Shown here one piece after another: positions 1-13,541 of a DNA stretch of 64,000 nt. The notes under the pieces were generated by a model. The model was not told where the DNA came from. It was given only the letters and a program-made list of their open reading frames with translations, and did no database searches. Each line of letters opens with the position of its first letter. The stretch's first letter is position 1. The translations under genes were made by a program, and so were the position numbers. The stretch lies in contig CM022665.1 of NCBI GenBank assembly GCA_012295275.1, forward strand, positions 21,080,001 to 21,144,000. Direction: 5' to 3'. Source of the stretch: Chrysomallon squamiferum (taxonomy: Eukaryota; Animalia; Mollusca).

Positions 1-1701
1 AACAAAGAAAATGTGGACAAGGGTGGAGACAGTGTTGCAGAGAAGTTGTACAACGACTTGCCAGAGACAAGTTTCACAAGGAGCATCTCCAACCCAGAGG
101 CCGTCATGCGTCGCCGGCGGCAACAGAAACTTGACAAGAAGCTAGAACAGATGCGAGGGCAGGAAGGCAATCAGGAGTCAGGTGAGAAAGGGTTAATTAT
201 TAGAGGGAATAACAGGTTAATCATTAGAGGGAATAATGGGTTATTATTACAGGGAATAATGGGTTATTATTACAGGAAATAAAGGGTTAATTATTACAGG
301 GAATATAATGTTAATTATTACAGGTGAGAAGGGTTAATTATTAAAAGGAACAGAGAGTTAATTTCTATTTTCACTTTTTATTTGTTTTTTCTTCAGGTAT
401 ACAAACCTAGTACTGTTGTCATTATTGTTATTATTATTATTATTCAGAGGGTGATGGAATGTTACTGCTATTTAATTATTGATTGTTAAATTAAATTATT
501 CTAGACATGTTAACCTATGATATGTTAGAAAACAGATTTCAGTGGTTGTTACTTGAAACTGTTTCAGGTCAACTCTTACTAAGTAAGTTCACCATGCATG
601 ATACTTTTTCTGTACTCTCTACCAGATTCCACTCCTGACTGATTTCAGTTTTCATGCTTGACTGATTCATGTCTTTGTACTTGATTGGTTCTAGTTTTCA
701 CGTTCAATTTATATTTTCAAATTGTCACGCTTGATTGTTTCCATTTTCAAGTTTGATTCAAAAAGTCATGCTTGATTGATTCTATTTTCAAGTCTGATTC
801 AAAAAGTCATGCTTGATTGATTCCATTTTCAAGTTTGATTCATAAAGGCATGCTTCACTGATTCATATTTCAAGTTTGATTTATTACATTTTCAAGATTG
901 ATCAGTTTTCATCTGACTTGATTTTTTTTTTAATTCTTAATGGATTGAATCCTTCCATATTATGTTTTAAATTGATTCTAATGCCCTATTTAGTCAAAGT
1001 TATTGCTTCATTGATTGCATCATAGATGAATAATTCACAGTTCTTTCATGTGCTAATTGATTCCTGTTCTTGTTTTACTCAAGCCACTGTTGTTTGGCAG
1101 TTCTGTTTGCAGTGTAACTGGCATGATGTACACTAAACATACATAAGACAGCAAACACACAATGCTGTCTTGGAATGCAACATGCAAATGTCAGGCATGT
1201 CCACTCCCCACCCTTCCTGTGCAATCACAGACACGTTTTAAGTTTAACTGTTTAACTTATTTTTATATAACCCATCTTGAAGTTTTTAATACTGAAATAT
1301 CCAGAAATCTGAATGTAAACAACACAAAGAACAGGCTGAGAATGAATGGAGTTTTTAATGGTCATATATTGGTGCTTCAATTTCAGTCAAAAGAAAATTG
1401 AAATTAGTTTAAATATTTCAGAATATAATTATAACCAATATCTTTTCCTCTCTCTAATCACATTATTGTTACATTCTCATATAAAGTCTGCTTTTTAAAG
1501 TGTACCTTAATACTAATGTTAGTTTTATATTGCTTTGAGTATTTTATTTCTGAAATCAGGAATGTTGATGTTTGTGATGCTGTACTAACTATCATCATCA
1601 TCATCATCATAATCTCCATAACTACCAGGAAAACAATTATTAGTAAATAGCTTCTCATCTTAATATTTAAATTTAATAACAGTATACACAGATACATAAT
1701 C

Positions 1702-1738
<37 letters not shown>

Positions 1739-3614
1739 ATTAACTACCACCAACAGTGTAAACATTGTAACTGTTTTTTTTAAATGAAATATATCTTGTT
1801 ATGATCTCTGTAGAGAGGTTTCTAGTTAAGTCTCATAATGTGCCAAACACTACTTATAAAAGAACTGAAAATTAAAAATTTAAATGTTCATTCTAAAAAG
1901 ATTTTGATTGATACTGGAGTAGGATACATTTGTACAGATTTCTAGTCACAGAAATGAAATGAATATTTTGTTATAAATAATTTTTGCAGTTGTCTAGTGT
2001 TACGGATAATGCATAGAGTTGTCTCCTATTATGAATAAAGTACAGTTATGCAGTGTTATAAATAACATGTAGATTTGTCTAGGGTTCTGAATAATGTGTA
2101 GAATTTTCTAGTGTTATGAATAATACATATTGTGTAATGTTCTGAATAATGTGTACAGTTGTCTAGTGTTATTTATAACATGTAGATTTGTCTAGTGTAA
2201 TAAATAATGTGTGCAGTTGGTCTAGTGTTATAAATAATTTGAAGAGTTGTGTTATAAATACTGTGTATGGTTATCTGCTATTGTGAACAATATCAGTATT
2301 ACAGTAATAACTACATTTATTATTTTTAATCAGACTTCTTGCCTCAGTTTTATTTATGAGTAAATATTATTTTTATCAGCAGTATAACATCTCTGAATAC
2401 TCAGCATTGAGAGTATAAGAAGTTGATTTAAAACTAGGTCAATGAAACTTTTTTAAAAATTATTTTATTTTATTTTTATCAATATCAGATTATATTTGTG
2501 ATATTTTAAGAAAATTTAAATATTTTAAAGTTTATTCTTAAAACATTGTGGAACATTCATTTTCAATTATGTAATAAATCTAGATTGAATGGTAATTGGT
2601 CATACATCAGTGATCTTAAGAATGAAAGGAAGTTTATACTTCGAATATTTGACAAAGAAGAGGTTAAACTGGAGTAATTTTTTTGAAGTCAATATATTAC
2701 TGCTGCTATTCAATTGAAAGAAACTTGAACATTTCAGAGATAATAGTTCCTGATAGAATACTTTACATTTGTTAATTTAAATGTAAGAGGATTTAAACTT
2801 TATTTAAACGTTTCAAAGTGAATTGGTAAAGACAGAATGTTTTTTCATAGTCATCTATTAAATATTTCAGAACAGAATTTTTTGTATAAGTAACATTCCA
2901 GTTGTGTTAATAAAGATGAAAATAAATAATAAATATTTTGTGTAGTGAAGTAAGAATGAGGTATGTTGAGGTGAACGCTGTTGGTGTTGAAGATGATATC
3001 CTTGTTCAGACTATGATGTATGTGTGACACACTCAGCTTTGTTGTTGACAGTCCATGTGTGCTTAGTGCTGTTGTATTTAAACTTGAAAAAAGAAACCCT
3101 CAGCAATCAGACTTGACCCTTGAACTTCAGAAGAGTAAACAAAATGAAAAAAAAAGAAGATCTTGACATATTTTTCATATTTCTCATTTCTTCAATTATA
3201 TCTGCATGCTGATAACCTCACATGATAAGACTGAAGTACATCAGTGACGAGATTACCTGTGTTGACTAGGTGAAAACAAGTCATCTTTTGTTGTAGCTGC
3301 CGTAGCTGCTGCTGCTGTGGTGCTGTGGTGCTGTGGTGACAGAATGAAGGGAAATATTTGTAAAACCATTTCACACTTGAGTGTAGATATAGACGTGTTT
3401 GAGAAAATTTGTCCACTGAATCAACATTCTGTGTTGTTTTTCTGATTCTTTGCTTAGTGGTTAGAATACTCACATGTGAGGCCCTTCTGCGTTTACTCAC
3501 TAGTTCTCCACATTTCATAAAAATCTAAAGATATACATAGACCTCATGCAAAAAACAAAAACAAAAAATATATATTTGTTATATTTTACTAATTGAATTA
3601 CCTTCATTAAATTA

Positions 3615-3652
<38 letters not shown>

Positions 3653-6600
3653 TTTGTTATTATTATTATTATTTTTATTTTTATTATTATTATTACAATA
3701 ATTTTCTCAAACTGCACATGGCAGTTATTCAAGCAACTAAAGTTATTATCAGGATTCTTTGTTTTCATTGTTTAAACTTGAGAAGTTTTATCTTCCTTGT
3801 CCAACAACTTGGATTTGAAATGTCCTCTAAGACAAACACCTGATGTGTGACCTTTGACCTGCAGCTGATAACCCCCAAGCCTATAGATTGTTGCATCATG
3901 GGAAGAAGAGGAAGAATAATGAGGAGGAAACCATTGTTGTTAGACATAACTGCCTCCTTCTTGCATCTTTCAGTCACTAGCAGAGTTGTTAAGGCTTTGA
4001 AGTAGAAATAAAAACTTGGTTATCTAACCTTTGGTTGTTGAATAATAACATGACCTCCCTTTGATGTTACATGATTTTCCATCTTTCTTTTGACCAAAAA
4101 TAAAATTGGTTCCCATTCATTGAACATTAAATGCAAATCTTGAATTTTATTTATTTCCTTTTTTCTTTTTGTTGGGTATGTTTTCTTTTTATTTCTAAGC
4201 TATTTTATTTTTAATTTTATTTAATTTTATTTTTTATCATTATTTTATTTCCTTTACTATTTTATTTTATTTTTTTTTTTATTGCTGTTTTATTGCTATT
4301 TTATTTTATTTTGTTATTTATTTATTTACATGAAATTTTTTACACAAGAAACATGGACATAAAAGAAGTCGAGTGTTATTCAAATGTTAATCAGTACTTG
4401 ATTGTGTAATGAACTGCCAGCAGTGAGTTTGGAATGGTATAAACAGTTTGTAATAGCATTCCTCTTCAGTATTATGTTTTATGTCATGTGATTCTCTGCA
4501 TACCTCTCATTGTAATCTCTCTGACCTCTGACCTCATGATCAACCTAGTTAATTTGTTCTCCTGAAATAACATCCTGGTGTTGAGAGAGCTAGGGAGGGG
4601 CCGTAACTCTCTTTATCTTTAGTGTTTACACAAATTGAAAAAACAGATAAGTCTCTAAAATGTGCCATGTGTGATAGTTTAATTAGGGAGGTATGTGAAA
4701 AATCTATAAATAGTTAAACAGATTAACAAATATTAATGGTTGTAGTAATAATATTACATGCAATAATTAATATGTCTGTCTGTCTGCATGCGCACGCGTG
4801 TGTATGTGTGTAAATAATTAAGTAAATAAATAAATAAATAAATAAATGACAATAATAATTATTATAGCAGAATATAATCAATCAATAATGAATTGAAAGC
4901 ATTTAATTTTGTGATCAGAAGATGGCTTTTGATCATGTTAGTGTAGACATTATCATAAAATAATAGTTAAAATAAAATGAAAATATATACACGGTCAGTA
5001 TATCCCAAGTCATGTTACCACTTTCATTATAAAAAATGTTTATTTATCTATTTCAAATATTTACACTTTTGTTCAGTGTTCCCTCTAAGCTGTGCATGTG
5101 TGCAGCTGCACATATATAGTATTGCCTCTACAAAATATCTGTTATTTTTCTAAAAAATTTCATACTGGTTTAGAAAAATTAGAGGAAATGTTGCTGTTAT
5201 TTCTTCATTTATTAATCTATTTAACTTTTTTATATTTTTTTATTCTGCCCTCAGAAAACAAACCAGGATAAGTATGAATGCTGAATGACTTAGAGATAAT
5301 TTGAAATCTGATATAGGCAATTACATCTCAGCAGTAGTATGTACTCAGAGACATGCATTAAATTTTGTTTTAATAATTGGACAATTTTTATCTTAAACAT
5401 GTCTGCAAGATATAGCCTGGTAGATGGTATATCACAAAGAGATAGTAGAAAGGAAAGGTCCAAAATACATTTCATCTACTTCTAAGCTTTACTAATAATA
5501 AAGTTTGTGAAAAAAATAACTTCAAAGAGATGCACAGACTGATAGAAACTGTATTTATATGTAGATAGGCGTATATGTGTGTGCATATGCAAAAAGTTAG
5601 TGCATGAATAAATGTTGTCTACTTCTAAGCTTTACTAATAATAAAGTTTGAGAAAAAAGTAAAAAGTAACCTCAAGTTGATGCTTAGAACTTTTAGAAAC
5701 AGTGTGTGTGTGTGTGTGTGTGTATGAGAGAGAGAGAGAGAGAGAGAGAGCAAATAATAAACTCCTAATCAGCATTGCAGTGTTTAATCTCAGGAGTTTT
5801 TACAATTAGGTTTGTCTTTATGACAAGCCTCCAGGTATTTTTTATTGGTGTGTAAATTAGTTCTGTAGATGTTTACACCTGTGTATAAGATCTCACAGGT
5901 GTAAATACAATTATGTTTTATTTTTTTAACTTGATGTTACTAGTGATAAACTGGAATGTAGCCAAATGTACAGAATGTGCAAATTTTGCTTCTAAATAAA
6001 TATTACAGTCTTTGGTATCTGATTAAATAAACTTAAATCAGATTGTTGGATAGATCTTTCTTGTAGATGGTAATATCGTGTTGATGCTGTTTTGTGTTCA
6101 TGCTGTTTTTGTGTACTGATATAGTTTAATATGTTGTAGTTTTGTACTGATTGGTTTGTATGTTGATGCAATTTTGTGTTAATAAAATGTTTGTTTGTTG
6201 AGGCTGTTTTGTATGTTGATTAAGTTTTGTGTGTTGATGCAGTTTTGATGATTTATAAATGCTGCAATATATTTTTAGAAGCAAAATATTGTCAACACTA
6301 AAATGATTAATTTTCACAAGTCTGCAGGAACTGTCAGGTTATGTATGTACTTAAAAGCTTTTCATATCCTGTTGATATAAATGACAGATGTTCATCCATT
6401 TCAAGATTGTGTTTAGTTCAAGTAATGTTGAGTTTATATACACACAGAAGAAGGTGATTTCATATTTATCCATTTCAAAGCTGTATTTAGTTCAAATATA
6501 TATAGAACAAGTATATCATAAGATAGTAAACTCAGAGCTACCAAGCCTAATGCTATCATAAATGTTTCTAGGGTCAATAAATTATTAAACAAATAATACA

Positions 6601-7136
6601 GAATGATAGTTGTTCCGAGTTTATATTATTTTGAAAACAAACAGTATGATTTATCTCATTGTTTAATTGTATTATCACATAAATCAACCACGGAAATATT
6701 AATAACCTTTAAGTGTTTCCATTTTCACTTTAAAAACTGTCAAAATTTTATTTCTTCTGAAGTTGGACAAGTTGTTTTCAGAAGTGAAAATGCACTAAAG
6801 AAATTTTTTCTATACCAATTTCAGTTGTTAAATAATTATGTAAATTAATCATATTTTTCACGAATGATATAGATGGTGTATATTCAAAACTATTGTTTCA
6901 TCTTATAAAAGCAGTATAATTATATAAATATGTGCAAACACACACACACAATCGCAACCACACACAATAATACATAGATGTACAATAATAAATGAGTTCA
7001 TAATCTCAGAAATATATAACCTTGTGCATGCAAATAGATACAAATCTGCAAAAATGTGGATGATTTATGCCACAGATATACACACCTGCACCTATACATA
7101 TACACATCTACACTTACACACATTTGCACAAATAAA

Positions 7137-7179
<43 letters not shown>

Positions 7180-8380
7180 CAACAAGAAGCTCACATTTAT
7201 TGTCACTATCAAATTTATTTGTAAACATTTCTTTTTTATCTCCATTTCTTATTTTTGTATTTTTTTAAATTTAAAGGTGGTACTTTGAAGATCTATGGAG
7301 AGTCTGTGCGCCCAGACATTCCTTACAAAACATTGCTGTTGTCAACGTCTGACACAACTGAAGTGGTTGTCAAGGAGGCAATGGAGAAATATGGACTGGA
7401 TAAAGAGGATCCAGAAAAATACTGTCTTGTCCAGGTAACTAATGTATAACTCATTGTGATTGGTCAGATATGGTCTGTCAGCATGTTTGATTGGTCAGTT
7501 CATAAATGTATTTTGTAAAAATAATCTCTGATTGGTTGAAAAATTAATTACTAGTTTGTTATTTTACTTGTCTGTAAGATTATGTGATGTCATTTCTTTG
7601 TTTCTGTTTCTTTCTTTTTTCAATTTTTTTTTATTTGTCAAGAAATTTTTGATCTCTAGATTAAACAACAAGCAGACATGTCATTGATTTAATATCTTGA
7701 AATAGCTGATCTGTTACAGCATCATTGATTGGTTAATTACAAGTAACAGAATCAGTGATTGGTTTGTTATTACTGTCAGCTGTTTTTGTCACTCTCTGAT
7801 TGATTTATTACCAGAAGCTGATACATTAACAATGACTGTTTGATCCATTCAAGTAAATGCTGTACATTTGTATTGATTTTAATATATGTATGTAGAAACA
7901 TTTTAGCCCACTTGATATGGCCTGTATGTCACAGTTGGTTTAGTGCACACTGTAGTTATCAGTTATGCTGATGGTAACGTTAGAATTTTCATGTATGCTT
8001 GAACAGTTCTGAAGTTATGTGGTAATAATATATTCAGACTCTTCAGTTAGCTGTGTTGTTTGAAATGACTTATTGGAATTTTATCATGAAATCATTGTAC
8101 AGAAGATTTTAAAAAAATTATTATTAACCCCAACATAATTATTGTTGTTATTGTTAATATTATTATCATAATTATTATCATTATCATAAATATTGTTGTT
8201 GTTATTATTGTTATTATCTTTATATTTATTTTATTCTTTTTTATTATTCTTTTTTAATGCTAAATAAAATTCTATTTATTTATTAAAATATTAAATACAA
8301 AATTATTAAGTGATGATTAAATTATTTCCCAATATTATATTTTATACCTAGTGCATTTAACAAAAAAACAAAAAGATTAA

Positions 8381-8463
<83 letters not shown>

Positions 8464-11400
8464 AAAATAAAAGTTTTATTAACAAAATACAGATGTCTTA
8501 GTTTTTCCACTGTTACTCTTTATTTTCTTTTGTACATTTCTTTTATTTCTGTGGCTGATGGAACCTTACTGGGTGTTTTGTTATATTAAATTTAAATAAT
8601 GTAAATACATAAGGTACACATTAGTATTATATGAGAACAATCAACAGCAGGGTCTGAGAAAGCATGACTTTACACAGTAATAGCTAAGTGCCATCAGAAA
8701 ATGTTCCAATATTGTTTATATGCAGATAGGAATCACATGTTTGTCCACTGTTAGAGTGGTCTACCCCCTTTGTTGACCAGTACAGAGGAAGCGAAACACT
8801 ATATTAGAGTGGTCTGCCCTTTTTTGACCAGTACAGAGGAAGTGAGACACTGTATTAGAGTGGTCTGCCCTTCGTTGATCAGTATAGAGGAAGCAAGACT
8901 AAAGCAGAGAGCAGAACAGAAGCGAATTTTCACAGTGAACAATGACCATGTTAACTCAGTGTTTTATAAGCTGTGTTCAGCCTTTTCCTTTTCATACTGC
9001 AATGTATCCAGTAATTTTCATCTTGGGGATTTGCAGACATTAAATCGCTGACATTTGGTGACACTGTTCAAATGATAAATTAACCTCAGTAAGCCTGTTC
9101 TCCTGTTCCAACCAATTCCTCAAGACTGGTTTGTCAGTCAGAGGTCTTACTATGTTGTTTTCCTGTCTACATGAAATTGCTCATAATTGGTTAGTCAAAC
9201 ATTGTTGTGTGTTTTTCCAATTTGAGGGAGGGCTGTATAAAAGAATGATTTATTGCTAAAATAGAAAATATCGGGACTATGAAAGATAATTTTAAAATGT
9301 TTAACACCCAGTAGCTGATAATAGAAAGTTGTTCAGTGTGTTCTTGTAGCATCATTAAACAGAAAATGAATTATTATTAATAATATTATAATTATTATTA
9401 TTTCATATATAAAATTTTATGCTATTACACTATATTTTCTTTAATTTTTCAATCAGTATATTCAGTGAATTTTTAAACGTGAAAATTATCAATATGTTGA
9501 AAAAATAAAATAATGATAAAAATAAAAATCAGAACAAAATATATAACTAAATATTTAAGGTAAAAAAAAAAAAATGATAAAAAATGTTATGATTATAGTC
9601 TCACCTACAAGAGAGTTTGCATTCAGACCACCTGTAGGTTCTGCTAACAGCTGCTGAAAGGTTTCCACTGGTTCTGTTTTCAAGAACTACTCCACTATTT
9701 AGATATGTGTGTGTTTTGTTTAGATAAGTGTGTTTTGTTTAGATAAGTCTGTTTTGTTTATATGGGAACAAAGCTGAACAAGGTTTCAGTAAAAATTCTA
9801 CACTGTTTTTATCCTGTACATCTGCTTTCTCTGGTTTTGTTTGAAGAAAACATTCAGCAAGGAAATGTACAATTAACTTCCCTTCCCCCCATCCCCCCAT
9901 ACCTGACATCTGCTTTCTGTCTCATCTGGTTCTTCTGTTTTTACTTTTCTATGTCTGTTACTGGAGTGAAGTTTATAAATTTCTCTCAGGTCAGAGTTCA
10001 TATCCTGATAATCCATATTCACACCTGTGGAATTTCAGTGGGTTTTTTTTTCCTCCTCCACCTTCAGATTTTAGCATATTATCTGCTGACATTTTAAAAT
10101 AAAACCTGCTGTTATTTCCTGTTATACCAGTAAAGCATAGTCTATTGTTTTACCGTAGTGATGCAGGTATAAGCATCACAGTTATCACTGATAAATTAAC
10201 CCACTGAGAATTGCAATGTAATCTGTATTCGTCCAAAATCCTGTTGCAGCTACAGTAGAGAATATTCCTTACTCAGGATTTCTGTTTTAAAATATCAGAT
10301 GTGCAAATCAGACTTTCAAAATTACATATCAGAGCAGTGGAATAAATTATTAATCAACTGACATAACTGGCATTGTGTTCGTCCCAGAAGTATAAATCGG
10401 AAAGGGTTAATTGTTTTTCTCTCTTGTTGTAGAAGATGTTTTAATTAAAAATAAAATAAAATAAAATGAAATGAAATGTTCTTGATGTTTAAGTTGTTGC
10501 ATTGAAAACTGTATCCTAATTGGGTATGTGCGATGCAAACAATGCAACCGTAGCAATGGTATCATTTTTGAAACTTTGATCCACCAATGAATAAAACAGT
10601 TAATTTCTGAATAATGAACAAAACATTAACATCTTCTTCACTGTGTTTGTGTTTAGGGGGGAGTTGCTCACCTCCCCCCCCAACCTGGGTAGGACTGGAC
10701 TTTCCAAGAAGCTTATACATGCATGTTATTAATAAAACACACACATTACTTACTAGGCTAACCTAGAGTTTTTCCACTATTCTTCCAGGCATTTTCTTTT
10801 CTGTTGTTATCTTTGTACGTTGACAAAGAAGAATCGTAAAATACTGGTAACTTCTGAACAAGATTGATTAGTTGTTCATCTTCCATGTATTGGGCAAATA
10901 ATCTTGTTTGTGATTGGTTAATATATTTTAGACACTTGTGCAGTGTGAGAAAAAACAGAAACATTTCCTATCGGTATTGTGTCATGCACTCGACTAGCTC
11001 AGTCATGCTGTATGTGTGCAGTTAGGATGCTGCAATTGAAATCAATGGTTTCTAAAAAAAATCACTCGCATCACACATGCCATTTAGGATACAATTTTAT
11101 ATTGTTTGTGAAATATATTAGTAAAATATTCTCTAGTACATCTTTCTTAGCTTTACTCTATTGTCATATATATATATATATATATATCAAACCATATTAT
11201 TATTATTATTATTATTATTGCTATTATTATTTACTTATTTAGAACTATTATTATTATTATATTATGCCTATTAAAGTAATACATTGTGGATGCATGAGTG
11301 TGTGTGTCTGTGTCTATGTGTGTGTACACAAATGTATATAAGTATGTATTTATTTGTGCAATAAATAGATAAATGTGAAGTATATATTCAAATATTTATA

Positions 11401-11662
11401 TCATAAAGAAATTGTTATCATATTAGAAGAACTGGAGGTACAATATTTGTAATGACAAAGTTAAAACTTGTTACTTATTGTAGGTGGTTGTCCCACCAGG
11501 AGGGATGGAGTACCATGGAGGGAACATGGGGGAAGAGAGGATTATGGCCGATGATGAGTGTCCACTACTGGTCATCATGCAACATCCCAAAAATAAAGGT
11601 TTGCTTTACTCTTTTCTTAGTTTAATTTCTTTTTCTCTGTATTAAAAAAAATTATTTTCTTA

Positions 11663-11701
<39 letters not shown>

Positions 11702-11705
11702 TCAT

Positions 11706-11746
<41 letters not shown>

Positions 11747-12377
11747 TTTATTATTCATTTTAAAGGAAATTTTTAGTTTTTTAATTTTTTAATTATTTTG
11801 TTACTTTTATTTTAAAAGGTGTTGGGGTTCTTAAAATGTTTTTTTGATTAAAACAGACTTGTTTGAGAATTTTATGTTGTGTGTGTACATGTGTGTCTCT
11901 GTTATTAATGTGCAGTTTTAATTCAAAACCATTAACCATTTAATTTTTAAATTTAGTTATAATCATTTTAATTTTTAATTATTTAATTTTATTTTCAGGA
12001 CACATAATCTTTCAGTTGCGCCATCGACCTAACAATTATCAACAGCCAAGTAAAAAAAGGACGCGTGCAGTTTCCCATGACGATATCCGATTTGCTCATG
12101 AACCAAAACACATGAATCTTGATCAGCTGCCATATTTGATAGAACTGAATTCACGAGGTAATAAAAAAAACATTCATTAAATTGATTAATTAAACTGACA
12201 TTTTTGTTAATTTTTATTCTTTTTAAAAGGTAAAATTTCTCTATGAAATTACTGAGGTAATTAAAGGTAAAATATTTTGTAGAAATTACCAGGTAACAGA
12301 GGTATGTGTTGAATGTTCAGGTTAATTTATTATTTTTGAAGAATTAGATATTTATAAAAGCTATATAGTAACAGAAA

Positions 12378-12408
<31 letters not shown>

Positions 12409-13506
12409 AGCTTTTAATAAAACAGAAATATTAATTTTCCTGGTTTTAGGAAAATTGTAATGTCACTGTCTAGCAGTTTATTCTTGTTGATATTTTAAAA
12501 ATGTATTATTTGCTGTTACGGTGAACAAATTTATAAAGGTTAGTTATATTGGTTAATTTGGATCTTTCTGTTTTTCTTTTATTTATTTATTTACTTATTT
12601 ATTTTTATTTATTTTACTATTTTATTTATTTATTTAAATATTTATTCATTAATTCATTTATTTTTTTATTTATTTTTTTATTTTGTGTAAAATCTCATGA
12701 AATAGTTTTCAGATTGTCTTTGTTATTTATGTAACAAATTTTTCTGTTTCAGTTGCCAAGCCCCGAAAACATGTTTTACCAATTAACGTCACAGAAGTTG
12801 GAAGTGAACGTTCACAATCAACAAGTGGCCAGTATCTGCAGGTTTGTTTAATTATGAAATTTCAAACATGAGTTTTGTATTACTGTGGTGTTGACAGAAA
12901 TTACAGGATAATGTCAAAACAATGAACTTTGCAAAGTAAACATAATATGTCATCATGCTTTTATCATTTCTAGTTTGTTTATGATTGTGGTTACTATTTT
13001 TAGATAGATGGGTAATTGATGTGCATTGTATTCATGTTAGAGAGAGAGAGAAAGAATGTAAAGTACTGAGAGGGAGAGAAGATGGACAGAGAGAGATATA
13101 GAGAAGAGTGATAGAAGATACAGAAAGAATGAGTGAGAGTAATGGACTAGAATAATTTCAAGTTGATGAGTTAAAATAAATATTTAGAAATTTGAAAGAT
13201 AGGTCAGTTGAAAAGGTTATAAATACAGTTTAACAGTCTGTTGTGAAAAAGTATGTTACAAATTTCACTTTTATTCTGTGTGTATATACATGTTAAAGAG
13301 AGAATGAGAGACTGATAGAACAATAGGCTGAGTAAGTGAGTGAGTGAAAGTGAATGTATTGTGTGTGTGTGTTAGGTCTGTATTTAGTGTGTTTGTGTGG
13401 TTTTGGTCATGTACCTCGTGTATATGAATGTATTTGTATTGTATGTTTATGTCCTGTCTGTATGTTTTTAGTATATATCCAAATTTGATTATTTAATTAC
13501 AAGTGG

Positions 13507-13541
<35 letters not shown>

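Noticed and set aside
3192-3977. Minus-strand ORFs of 108 and 70 aa in the large afadin intron as a nested gene
   Set aside because: No domain similarity or coherent exon chain; they begin at non-ATG or weak starts.
8746-8899. Three 51-bp repeats inside a 93-aa ORF
   Set aside because: Simple intronic tandem repeat; frame is kept only because the unit is about a multiple of 3; no splice or protein-family support.
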